Source: Flaccisagitta enflata
Lineage: Eukaryota
Reading direction: 5' to 3'
Assembly (NCBI GenBank): GCA_965153355.1
Contig: OZ231126.1
Location: 10,292,001 to 10,356,000, forward strand
Length of the DNA stretch: 64,000 bases
A model generated the notes under the pieces. That model was given only the letters and a program-made list of their open reading frames with translations. It was not told the DNA's origin and did not search any database. The position numbers and the translations under genes are program-made. Positions 50,201-62,285 of this stretch are shown here, piece after piece (position 1 is the first letter of the stretch; every line of letters begins with the position of its first letter).

Positions 50201-52186
50201 TTTTTGCGTTCAATTCTTGGAGGGGGGTGCTACGGGGGAAATGCTAAAATTTTTAAAAGAAACCTGAGAAATGAAACTAACTACAATCCCAAACGTGCAC
50301 AGAGTTACCTCTTGTCCTTAGATTTCTGCGCGCTGTATTCGTATAGTTTGTCGGGCCATCTGTATGACGGGAATTTTCGATTCCTTTCCCATTCTGAGTT
50401 GGAACATCTTGAAAAAGACATAAAGGAAAATCGCGTTCACGAGTCATGGTCCGATGAGTGCGCGACTCAGCGTGTGTGCACGCGAACTGGAAAAATGTTA
50501 AAAATAGGTTATTTACTTGAAGTTTCTTTATATCTAAATCCGTGCTATCATAATTCAATGCAGGGTTTACCATTAATTTTAACAAAAACTGCTATAAATC
50601 CAAGTTGGACATCTTCCTTTCAACAACAGCTTAAATCTAGACTCGATGGTAAACGCCCGGGACGGACGGACGGGCAGACGGGGTTAAACCCGGTCCAGAG
50701 ATTTGACATGGACCACACAATTGATTGCTTAGACAGGACATCAGGGGTCGCGTCGTCGGACAGTTCTAAACAGCGTTTGGTCCCAGTTTTGTCAAATGTC
50801 AAGTCTTACATGATAGATTTTCGGATGCTTAACCTTTTTCTGTCATTAGGCTTTGAACTTGTCTCAATTTCGGCTTGTCTAGAAACATCTTTGTCCCCCT
50901 TTATTCGCCCATATATAGAGGAACGGGCTAAACAACGTCGCTTATCAAAAAATCAGACTGAGTCCAATCGCCAAAAGTTTATGTGCAATGCCGTATACAA
51001 AAAACTACTAGCAAACTCAATGAATTACACAAAATCAGTTATTGTGACTAATGCTCATCAGTTTGCACGAGAGGCGGGTAAAAATTCCTTTCGCGAGTTT
51101 CATGATCTAGATAATTCGTCAGGTTTGATTATCCATTCGCGACCTATATTTAAGCCAAAAAATTTGATCTATGCCGGTTCATGCGTACTTTTTTTGAGTA
51201 AATATCATTTACTTAAATACTATTATACATTACTTGTTCCAATTTTCAAAATTAACGCGCTTTTGGTCACTTTTGCGTACTCGGACACTAACAGCTATTT
51301 TCTAGACATTAAATCGTGCACAGATCCACTTGCACCATGTGACGAAAATGGAATTCACTCAAGCTTCCCTAGTTTTTTACATTCGGCGGACACAATAGAT
51401 AAAAAAAAAGAGAAAGAACGTGAAATGGGGAAGAAAAACTGGGGTCGAGGCAAGGGCACCAGTGTTGGTTTGACAGACGAACAAGTACGACAAGACCCAA
51501 CCCTGTTTAAAAGACGGGTTTTAGATTCCTTGAGACTTTTGTATACTCATATGGATCTCAGTAATGTATCATCAAGGCAGGCAGAAATATTCAATTACGG
51601 AACATCTCAATTAGAAGGAGACTGGTTATATCAAAACAGGAATGCCAATAAACGCGTCCCAGGCAAATTAAGCTTTGTTGACGATCCGTCCACAATCACA
51701 CACACACTGTTTTGCTTCATAAAATCAAAGTGTTACGTGGTGAAAGGAAAGGTAGAAACCGTGACGGCAGACGGACAAGTAAAACACGACGACTTGGTCT
51801 TAAAGAAGATGAAAGGAGTGAGTTCAAGAAGTAAAAGTGCAATTTCGGCTGATCTGTTCATAGAATTTGCCTTAGGGAAAACTAAATATGATCGACTTTA
51901 TGTGAGACACGAGTATTTCTATAAGAAAAATTCACGTATTTACTTAAAGAGTCACATGAAATCGGCCTCTAATTGTTATGATGCCAAGCGTTTTTTTATC
52001 AAAAACTATAACGGTGACTGTGATCAATGGGGACTACCATTCGGCCATTTTCTGCTACCAACTGTTAGAGAAGTACAAAGTATTCTTGATAACATGGTAA
52101 CATTTATTTGCAACGAAGAAGAAATGGCCCAAAAAAAAAATTCCGTTGTTAGAATTCATGAGATGCTCGATCCGAGCCATAATTAA
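46811..52186 (+). CDS. pPolB: Protein-primed family B DNA polymerase (1791 aa) with N-terminal TP/vOTU-like region and endonuclease VII-like insert; motifs B and C altered
   Basis: ExoI FDSES, ExoII QNFFAWD, ExoIII YLFGDT. Motif A LDFCALY, B KFMCNAVYKK, C YSDTNSY, then KSKCY, KKMKGV, DAKR, LPFGH. EndoVII-like CDRC..RHHSH..CSRCN. AATAAA at 52372. Confidence 0.95.
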
Positions 52187-52627
52187 TTACATGTTCTTGA
52201 TGCTAAGGCCAGTATAGACGTATCATGTCTCTCTCTCTCACTTTTGCTTTGGGGGGCCCCCCCCCCCCCCCTGATTTGTAATGTATTACTACCGCTGATA
52301 ACATGTTACACATGCCATTTATGTAATTGTCTTAATATCTATTTAGTTGTTTCAATTATAGTTATTACAAAAATAAAAAAATCATATCTACTCTAGATTT
52401 GCTTTATGTTTGGCTTGAAAAGACTTGAAGTCTCAAAAAATGTCGAAGAAACTTGAAATCTTAAAATACTAAAGGCAGTGATAAAATTTCAGGTCATAAT
52501 TAGCCAGACAGACAGATAGATAGATATACGTAGAACATATAGATGGACGATGAGTCGTTAACGGACGTTAAGTAACGCGATGGCTGAAAGAAAGAAATCA
52601 GAGAGAAAAAAGGGAGAAATGAGGGAG

Positions 52628-52729
<102 letters not shown>

Positions 52730-53738
52730 CAGAGACCAAGCCTGTATGCATGCACTGTTGCATATATGCACACGCGCGCATGCGCATGTGAGCAACAGTT
52801 GAATCTTTGGAGGAACAGTCAGAACTTTTGTGACTTTCTCTACGAATCGCAACTTAAGCATCATTTGGGATTAACCCAATCAGGATTCAGGATTCAAATC
52901 TTTCACTCATTACCGTTTTCGGTGGGGCCATTTCAATTGTGAAAGAAAAGTGAAAAAGTCTTAACCTCAATTTTTTCTGCACTTAACTCCCCGTTGGATT
53001 TTAAAGCAATACTACTAAAAAAAAAAACCGGTCACGCCGCGTTTGACCCTAACGGTCCATCGACTTAATGGACAGTCACTCAATTTTCCTATCAATTGTT
53101 TTCGCGGATACATGACTGCGTAGCTTGCTCCGAGTCGTCATTCTGTTTGGCTGTGTCTGTTTGTCTGTCTGTTTGGCTGTGTTTGTCTGTTTGTCTGTCT
53201 GGGTTTTTTTTTTTTTTTTTAGTAGTCTAACTATCTCTATTTGGGCAACTGTCCCAAAAAGCGGATAACCTATGATCCTACATAAACCGATGTTTTTTGT
53301 CTTTGTTCTAAAATCAAGACAGTATTTTTTTTCAGTTTTCAATCAGTAGTTTATTAATTCACAACATTTATAAGCATATTTGTGATAGATACAGTACAAC
53401 TAGACACAATACAATTAAGTCAGCTATTGTGAGGTTAAACATTGAGAATAACACACATTAAATATTAAGAATGATACACATACACATATACATCAATACA
53501 ATCTAAATGTAGGTTATACATGATTAATATTAAGTCAAATTAAAGCAAAAAAATAAAGCGATCAATAAAATCTAAATATAGGTTATATATGAAAAATACT
53601 AAGTCAAAATTAAAGCAAGAAAATAAAGCAATGTAGGAATACAGTGATTTAAATACTGTTGGAACGGTACAGCAATGAAGTTTAGCAATGATATAATTAT
53701 TATTTACAAAATTTTAGAAAAAAATGTTATGTCAGCTC

Positions 53739-54792
53739 TTAATCAATTTTGTCTGTAGTTCCGCCCTTGTCCTCCAATCCTCTGCCTTCCCTCTCCAGCT
53801 CGGCCAATCTCATCTTAATCCTAGCGGTCCAGGCCTCGTCTCCCTTTCTACTTTCTAACATTGTCAATAATTCATCGGCGGACCAACTTAGCCAAAGTGA
53901 CTTTCTTTCTGCCTTTGATAAACTCGTGCCCATTAAAAATTCAGAAGCCTCCTCAATGTCCCTCGCGCTGGGTGGGCTTGTTGGTCTGTAATTGTCCGTC
54001 ATTTGTGTGTCCGCAGTTTCTCTATTTTGGTCCTTAGATGACCCTGCCCCCGAACCAGCAAGCTCCCTTGAACGCAAGTATTTCTCTTTATCAATCGAAC
54101 CGAGTAGTCTGACATTCTCATCCTCGTCACTTATGTATATGTCTGAGTCTGGCTCTGGTGTCAACATCGGGGGAAACTGCTCGCGCGACTTGGAAATGGC
54201 ATCTGCCAGCGTTTCAGCTACTTTCCCTTTCTTAACTTTTGATGGTTGTTGGTTCCCCGACATTTCCTTTTCCTCAAGTTGGTCATTTAACATCTTTTTA
54301 ACCCCTTCTAGTTTCCACTCTCCATTTTTTAGTTTCCATTTCCCGGCTGGTGCAATTCCACATTCGTCACGGCCAATGGGGTAATAATCCCCGGCCGCTT
54401 GTGCCATTCCATCATCTATGTCATAGTCATATATGTCATCACTGAGCTCCCCGTTATCGCTGTCATCTTTGTCGGTTTTCTTCATCTTTCCCTTTATCTC
54501 CTTCTCATCTCCAATGGCATTAACAACACGGCGAATCGAACTCTTGAGGGCATTGGCCCCATTAGACACATTTTTGTCGGAAAAAGAGACAGAACGACGT
54601 TCTCGACGGCGTCGTTGTTCGTTCAGCAACCTCGCCGCCTCTGCTTGGTTTGAGGCGCCAAGCACGTCGTCCGTGTAATCATCCGTGTCCACTTCACTGT
54701 CCTCGTTGATGACAAATCTTCTATGCTTCGTACGTTCATCGTACTCGAGTTTGCGGACCATCTTTCTCTCATCTATGTCACCGTTCTCGTCG

Positions 54793-54824
<32 letters not shown>

Positions 54825-55749
54825 ACCATACGTCGCTCTCATACTATCTTCCGTCTCTCCTCCATCAACTTTGACATTGATATTATCGTCGTTGTCGTAG
54901 TCGTCGTCGTCGTCGTCGTCGTTGACATCGTCGGCCAACGCTTCCATGTCCAACAGGGAGGCGACAGCCGTGCCTAGCCGGCGCGGAGCCTTTCCTTTTC
55001 GGCGTCGAGAGCCGGCGATGGCTGATTTCTTTGACCTGACGACAGTCGCGTTCATTTGTGGATCCGGCGTTGTTCCACCGGGTATCGGGTCTGTTGTTTC
55101 TGGCATTGTTTGAGTAGATGTTGTTGATGTCGTTGTTGGAATGGCTGGTGCACTCAATGGTTGAATAGCACGTTTAAAAGTGTTTGTTTTGACGACGTTA
55201 TCCGGATGAGTGCAGATACTGACCCCCTTCAACCATAACACAAAATTCCCCTTGCATCCGCCGTACAAAAAGCCGGAAATTTGGTTCCAAATCAATTCGT
55301 TTAGTTCCTCGGGTGTGTACAACGCCGGTTCTATCTGCGCTTCCTCCTCCTCCCCACCACTCTCCTGCCCCGTTTCCACTCCGTTCAACGAGCTAAGGCG
55401 GTGTGTATTCTTCCAATCCAATCTTCCCTTTTTCGCTTTTGGTGTGTCCGCTGGAATGGGGGACGGTTCAGTGACAAGGCCGATGGAATTTTTAAACAGA
55501 TTTATCTGCTTGTATACCAACGCGCCACCAATCCCGTCTCCATCCCCGATCGCGTCGCAAAACGCGCAGACTTTCTTGATCTTTTTGTGTAGAACATGGG
55601 CCGTGTGGTACCGCTCGCGTAGCAACTTGACAAGGTGCGGTAATTTACCACAAAATTTGTCAAATTCCGTGCTGGTGAAGCTGATGGCGTTTTCGGAAGC
55701 TCCCCTGTGGTGAAATATAGAAACAAAAATAGGATTATGAAAAGAGAAT

Positions 55750-55848
<99 letters not shown>

Positions 55849-56291
55849 CAGAGAGAGAGAAAGCATTTAACCAATAATCACCTGCATGTGCCGTCCTGCG
55901 GTGATCGGTAGAGCCGTTTTAACGAAACGTTGGAAAAACGACTGGTTCCAAATTTGGCACTGTCACCACGTTTTGTTTGAAGAAAGGCTCCAATCTCGGC
56001 CGAGATTAGAACTAACTCCGGCTCGGGGAGATCTTCTTCAGGGTCGCTGGCGAAGATTTTCTCCATGTGATCGTGAAGCTTGGATTGAATTCCTCCCGCG
56101 GCGCAAAGGATGGACGCAAATTCTTGTATCGAAAACGAGGCGTTTTGAGACCACGAATTGAAATCCTTTTTTAGAGTGGCGCCATTCTCCCGGACCTCCA
56201 TCCACATCTGTTTTCCCAATTTCCAGTCGCATATTTTACGCTCCATTTTACCGACAGAGGCGCCAGCGCGAATGGGTCGTGAGAAAGCCAT
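53739..56291 (-). CDS. Tandem PC4-like (putative ssDNA-binding) protein with long acidic disordered tail (~791 aa; exons 56291-55882, 55704-53739)
   Basis: AG|GTGATT and CACAG| phase-2 join restores VSLKRLYRSPQDGTCRGASENAISFTSTEFDKF, resembling a PC4 core. The frame is also open upstream to ATG 56594. Confidence 0.65.
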
Positions 56292-56409
56292 TTCCTCCAA
56301 CACTTCCGGTGCCAGCGATTCTTGTTCTTGTTCTTCTTCCTCTTTACGGACGACTTTACCAGGCAAGCAACAACAACGACGACGTCGATGTCGCTTTTTA
56401 GGTTTGATT

Positions 56410-56670
56410 TTAAGCGAAACCAAGAAAGATGGAGACTTCTTCCGTGATTTCTTTTTCTTCTTGGTAAGCGATTTGCCCGACGGTGTTGGTGTTAAAACCA
56501 ATGTCTGAAGACTCCAAATGAGAGGAGATACTAATACGGTAATAGCCAGAATCAACGTTACCGCGTAAGAGTCCGATGACAATAGAGAAAACATCGGGTG
56601 AAAATATCACGACGATGATCGTAAGAATGACGATAGTTCCGACGATTGCCAAAGTTGTTCTATGTAACAT
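56410..56670 (-). CDS. Small membrane-anchored protein (86 aa)
   Basis: ATG ~125 nt downstream of the TATA box. Hydrophobic LAIVGTIVILTIIVVIF segment. Confidence 0.4.
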   Translation of the reverse strand: MLHRTTLAIVGTIVILTIIVVIFSPDVFSIVIGLLRGNVDSGYYRISISSHLESSDIGFNTNTVGQIAYQEEKEITEEVSIFLGFA

Positions 56671-56793
56671 CAACTTTGTTTGCTGATATCGGTGATTATG
56701 AGAGAAAGAATTTCTCTTGAAGATTAAACCAGAAAGAGACAAGCAAGAAAGATGAGTCTTCCGTGACTGTGAAGAACCTCTGTCATCCCTCGG

Positions 56794-56903
56794 TTTATAA
56801 AGACCAATGCACGCATTTTGGGTGTGTGTGTACGCACGCGTAAATCCTGTCACGTGTGGGGTGAAGATTCCGGAAGAGTGTGTGTGTGTAAATCTCATCA
56901 CGT

Positions 56904-56904
<1 letters not shown>
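56794..56904 (-). promoter_or_regulatory. Putative Pol II promoter: TATAAA with two upstream CACGTG E-boxes
   Basis: TATAAA at 56799-56794; TCACGTG with cores at 56851 and 56899; CCGGAAG at ~56869. Confidence 0.45.
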
Positions 56905-56991
<87 letters not shown>

Positions 56992-57165
56992 CATCATGGA
57001 TAAACGCGTAGTGGAATGAGAGAGAGAGAGCGAGAGAAAGAAAAGGGGTGAAATGTCATGGATTGACAGTTAAGAGTGAGAGAAAGAGTGAAAGAGAGAG
57101 AAAGGGAGAGAGAAAGAGAAAGAGAAAGAGAAAATGAAAGTGAAAAGGAAAGAGACAAGGAAAGA

Positions 57166-57259
57166 TTACATGAGCCAATCCCCATCATTATCTTGACCAA
57201 CATCCATTGATGTCCACGGAATGTATTGTTGTTGTTGTTGTAGTAGTAGTTGTTGTTGC

Positions 57260-57300
<41 letters not shown>

Positions 57301-58332
57301 TTGTTTTTCTTCTTCATCTAACAAAATGTCTAAATCTATAATTTCTTCTTCTTCTTTTTTTCTCTTCTTTTTCTTTGATGCTAATGTTGGAGGTGGAGGT
57401 GGAGGTGGAGGTGGAAGAGGAAATGCGGATGGAGGCGGTTTTATCAATATTGGGCCATTAGAGGTTTTCCACCGATTTTCAGCGTCATTTATAATCAAAA
57501 GCCAAACATCGGATATCTCTTTCATTTTTTCTATGTACACATTCATAGCCGCCAGACTACCCTGAACAATTCCGTTTTTCTTTTTTTCCTTATTTCGATT
57601 TTTTATCAATTCCGTCAACTTTTCCAATTCTTTGAGAGCCTCGGACACTACAACTACATCGTCGTGAAAGATGTTCAGAGTCGCTCCCTGTAGTAGTCTA
57701 GTGTGGAAGGCATAGCAAGACCGGAACGTTGAGCCAGGGAGAAGGCCCGGCTCGCCGATGTCCTTAAGTTGTTCAGCGCCGCAGCCGAAGGGTCTCCGGT
57801 TCCGTAACGACCCGCCAGAAACGCGGGCGTTGACATCGGTTGAGCGACGGGATTCATTTGGTTGGATCCTAGTCTTATTGACCTGAGGTGTCTGCCGCTG
57901 CTGACGCCGCGTTGGCTTCTTTTGGTTCGTTTGCCTCCCTTTCGGGTTCGCGATCGCGTTCCGCCTCGTCGACTTCGAAAACTTTTCCCTTTTCCGCCCC
58001 GTCGACGACCCCGCGCTCGACGTCGTCGTCTTCCGCCGGCGAGCAACGGGGACGCTTTTAGACTTTTTGACCTTCGTCGCCGCCGCCGGCGCCTTCTTCC
58101 CCCCATTACCGCGCTCGCGTCCATCCGCGATCGCGATCTGCTCCGACTGCCCGTGCGACTGCGCCCGCGCCCGCGACTGCGACTGCGACTGCGGCGTCGA
58201 CGACCACCAAACATCGTCGCCATCGAAGTTGCGCTCGATCCACGGCGACGTTGGCCCCGTCGGCCCCGGCGTCTGCCTCCTCCCATCGTATTCCTGGTCC
58301 CACCCGCTGTCGATCTGATAAGGGTCCGCCAT
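57166..58332 (-). CDS. Hypothetical 388-aa protein overlapping the Arg-rich core gene in another frame
   Basis: TTCATGG start. Helical/coiled-coil, polyP and polyQ C-terminus lies outside the overlap. Confidence 0.5.
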
Positions 58333-58475
58333 GAAGACGCCGTCTGTTTCTTTCGACGACCCGCCCGCCCTCCTTTCCTACTTTTCCCCGCGCCTTTCCT
58401 TCGTTTTTTTCGCAAAGCACTTAACCGTTTCTTGGCCATAAAGTTTAAAAACAAGTTAGAGGCCGATTGAGGCAT
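57675..58475 (-). CDS. Arg-rich protamine/pVII-like core protein precursor (266 aa; may start at 58439)
   Basis: Arg/Ser-Arg blocks separated by adenain-type sites (MFGG, LAGG, VMGG, TMGG). Directly downstream of the protease. Confidence 0.75.
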   Translation of the reverse strand: MPQSASNLFLNFMAKKRLSALRKKRRKGAGKSRKGGRAGRRKKQTASSWRTLIRSTAGGTRNTMGGGRRRGRRGQRRRGSSATSMATMFGGRRRRSRSRSRGRGRSRTGSRSRSRSRMDASAVMGGRRRRRRRRRSKSLKASPLLAGGRRRRRARGRRRGGKGKSFRSRRGGTRSRTRKGGKRTKRSQRGVSSGRHLRSIRLGSNQMNPVAQPMSTPAFLAGRYGTGDPSAAALNNLRTSASRAFSLAQRSGLAMPSTLDYYRERL

Positions 58476-59189
58476 GAAGCCCCTTTTTCCGTTTAATCTT
58501 CGTCGCGTTTCTTTTCTTTTTCTTCAAAACCTCGCCTTTGTCGGCGGCGTGTCGATCAAGGAGGAACGAGACGTCAAAAATGTACTTCATCGCTCCGTTC
58601 CAGCGGAAGAGTTGTTGTGCGAGGACGGCGACACGCAGGTCATTTATATACAACTTCCATAATGGGGTAATAACTGGGAAGAAATTTTCCAGGATTTCTT
58701 TTCCATCGTATCCGCGCGAGAGGAACCAGATTGTGCAGCAGGCATGTAACCCACATGAAGTTCCCTTTTAAAGGAAAAGAGGGGTGAATGCTCTCAAACT
58801 AACACAATAAGACGTTAAACCCGGCAATACACCCCTTTTAAATGGATACTTACCCAGTGGACCTGAAGCCGACGCCCGTAACTAAATATTCGGCCGTATT
58901 TTTGCATAACACTGTGGACATGAGCCAGGTGATTTGGAGATGATCCGTAGGAGCAGAGGTACTCACTACCGTAAGATTCGTCCCCATCATCGACTTTCTC
59001 CCGTCGTCGAAGCACTGTCCAGTGAGATCCAACTTTATCCGTAGATTTCGACTCGTTTAACAAATATATCTTGCCAGGGACCAAATCATTCGGCAAATTA
59101 TCACTCGACCATAAACCGGCGTACAAAGGGGCAATTAAATTAAACTTATCGCGTCGTAAGATTAGTTCTTCTATCAATTTCCCATCCAT
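58456..59189 (-). CDS. PRO: Adenain-like maturation cysteine protease (~214 aa; exons 59189-58854, 58764-58456)
   Basis: GSHW (His), EYLCSYG and RLQVHW|GTSCGLHAC (Gln-x6-Cys) are restored by an 89-nt GTAAGT..AAAG intron. Confidence 0.9.
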
Positions 59190-59256
59190 TGTAACTTTCG
59201 TTGTCGTTGTCGTCGGGGCTGTCGCCTTCGACACCCCGATATGGGTGAAATCGAAT

Positions 59257-59329
59257 TTACCCGAGCCCAAAATTTCTGATGACTTGTCGCTGTCAAAGAA
59301 AAAGAAGATATCAAGTTTACATACACACA

Positions 59330-59389
<60 letters not shown>

Positions 59390-62235
59390 CATACATGCTT
59401 AACAAACCTGAGAATCCAAAAAAAGAGTAACGATACTACGTTGTAAAACGTATAAACGTATCGCTTCCGTCGTGTTAGCCTTCCACGTCACGTTCAAGCG
59501 GGCTTGGTTAAGCCTTTTCTGGGGAACTGTGTCGCTACATGGGTTCTTGGGGGCGCCGAAGGAAACTTTAAAGAAGCTGAACCCTGTTTTGAACCTGTAT
59601 AAATAAATAAATAGAAAACTTTTATTTTTCCATTCGATAGTTACAATAACGAAAGGATATATCTATTCAACTTGTATCAATACTTTCCTGCTTTTGTCAA
59701 TCCAAGATCCCAAATCTTCGAGGAGGAGGAGGAGGAGGAGGAGGAGGAGGAGGAGAAAAGAAATAAAAAATTAGAAAAAATTGCAATCATAATTTTTACT
59801 CAGCAAACTACTCATTATATACGCGCATTTTTTGGTAACTGTTTGATCGTACCCGTGTACTGCGGCATGTCACTGTAGAGATTGGCGAACGCTCGATTGA
59901 ATTTTGATTTAGACGACCAATCAGCATCAAGCTTTAGACAAGGGAAACGAAGGTTATCCAGATCAAACCTATTGAGAGCATGTGGTCTAAATTAAGCAAA
60001 CGATTAGCTTTGGGGAGGAGCTTTAAAGCAAACACATCAAGTCAACAATAATGCCTAACGCAACGTCAATAACCAGATGTCATCCACATCCATGGGGGTG
60101 AAGTTAAAGACAGACGTCGCAAATGATGAAATTGCAGCGGTATTTGTAGTCATGGCGATGACGCAGATTTCAGGGAGGAATTCACCGCTGAAGCAGTCCT
60201 CTTTTCGCCAGTGGGTCGAATTGGTCGGGATGATGAATTCACGAGCGCTGGTGTGATAATAAGTGTAGCAGACTGGACTTTGCTGGAGACGACGTTCCAT
60301 AGTGAGTAATAAATCGCTATGAACATGTACCTGTACAGGATGAAAAAACTATAAAGTAGCATGGCTAATCTTTCGCTATGGCAAGGACAGGCTCACGCTT
60401 AAATACCTTACATACCCGAGGTACAATTAGTTTCACATTGGAGATTTCAAACTTGAAGTTTGCCGAGGGTACCGCACTTCTCATACAAGCCGTTGGCGCG
60501 GCCAGCTCGTACTCCAGCGACAGACTAATCATAGGAATCTAACAAAACAGAAACACATCCATAAATAAACCAATTAATCTATTTTTCATTTAACAAGAGA
60601 GCAAAAATTTCATAAACTCACTAGATATTTTTTTTGCTGTAGGAAACCATGAAATGGTGGGGCGCGTAGATAATACAGCGCAGATTCTGCGGTATTTTCT
60701 CCTCTTTTTGACAGTCCACTAGGAGTTTGGATGCTAACATTCGACATGTCTTTCTCATCATACCTTAAAATCAAGGATAAAAAAAGGGTCAATGAAAACA
60801 TTTCATCGAGATTTACCCGATGTGGGTGAAATTTATCAGTATGAATAAACATTACCATCCCCAAAGTTCGAGCAACGATTTCCGCGCCTCCCTACAAAGA
60901 AAAGAGTAAAATCACATGTAGTGGCAATCAATCAATGTGTTTTTCAAGAATCAATAACAGGCAGGAACCCAGCCCTTGAAGGCCGCAAGCGTACCTTTGG
61001 TACCACATCGTTAAAAAGGCCACGGAATAGATAGGGTACAACCCATTGCAGTTTGAGATGCTCTCGTTATTGAGCTTTATATTGACATTCTTGAAAACGC
61101 AGAATCCTGAAAAAAAATATATCAATACCGGTGTTAAAACCACCATCAATTCGTTCGCACTCAACCCTGTGTTTGTTTATTCACCTGGTAATTGGTCAAA
61201 CTGGACTCCGAGAAACGCATTGGCGCCCACACTAGATGGCCTGTGTGGGGTGAGGAGATCTGGCGTCGTGAGCGCCCGGGAGGAGCGAGGGTCGATTCGT
61301 CGCCTTTTCTTTCTTGGTCGTCGCACATTATTGTCTTCGTCGTCTTCGTCATTCTCGCTAGTCGTGTCGCTTAAGTCCTCTTCATCGTCGTCATCATCCT
61401 CCTCGTCATCGTCTCTCCTTCGTTTACGCTGAGTTCCAGCTCTTCCCTCCGCTGGGAACACCGTTGCGCGGGGATCGATTCGTACCTTTTTCTTCGGTTG
61501 TTGCGCGTCATCGCTGTCCTCGTCTTCGTCAACGCTGCTCGTTTCGCTGCTCGTTTTACTGCTCGTTTCACTCTCGTCGTCGTCGTCTCTCCCTCGCTTG
61601 CGTTTAATCGCGCCCCCTCGCTGCGTGATCGTCGACACCGCGGGAAGGGACGAAGATGACGGATATCCGGGTGCCAAAACCGACGGTCTTGTCCCGCACG
61701 TGTATGGATTATTCAGACGATTTAGTCTCTCTCGCTCCCGAAAGTAATTGCTTGATGAACAAACGCCGGTACTGGTCAAGGTCGATGGGCGCGAACCCGA
61801 TCCGCGACCAGTCGTGTTTGTGAGAGTGTAGGCGGGGGTCGACAATGCTGTAGTTGTAAAGTTAACGGCTGGGATGTCCGCTCCCGTGCTGGAATATCAG
61901 ATATTAAAGACTTAATTGTATAATTCAACTAACAGCACAAGATATAAATAGTATGAAATATCTCCAATTGTCAATGGATAAGTATACCTGGTCACGATTT
62001 TTAAAGAAAATTCGAGACAAATTTCTCTGAGATCCACAAGCGTGTTTTGAGGCTCGACTTGAATGGTAAAGCTTTTAGTGTTGCTGGTAATCGGCAGCGA
62101 TGGATAAAACGGCACAGGGGAAATATGATCGATACTGAAATCACGTTTCGGTACGCTCCACAAATCAAAACGCTCCGAGATGCATGTTTCGCTAGAGTCG
62201 ACGTAGACCGTCGCGGGATCGTGTATTCCGCTCAT
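59257..62235 (-). CDS. MCP: Major capsid protein (double jelly-roll, Polinton PY/hexon-like), 11 exons, ~661 aa
   Basis: Exons: 62235-61988, 61888-61185, 61106-60995, 60891-60856, 60763-60622, 60538-60416, 60330-60074, 59968-59853, 59715-59688, 59594-59408, 59289-59257 (sum 1986 nt). The product follows the Polinton MCP pattern throughout: ERFDLWSVP, NIKLNNESIS..YP, GLSKR, QKKYL, FSGEFLP, FNF, GFSFF, LDSQRQVI. Confidence 0.88.
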
Positions 62236-62285
62236 TTTGATTGACTTCACGCGCGTACACGCATGCGCACGCGAGACTATCTCGC

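Noticed and set aside
59683-59684. Canonical GT donor for MCP exon 9
   Set aside because: It is phase 0, but the next exon needs phase 2; use leads to a stop within 9 codons.
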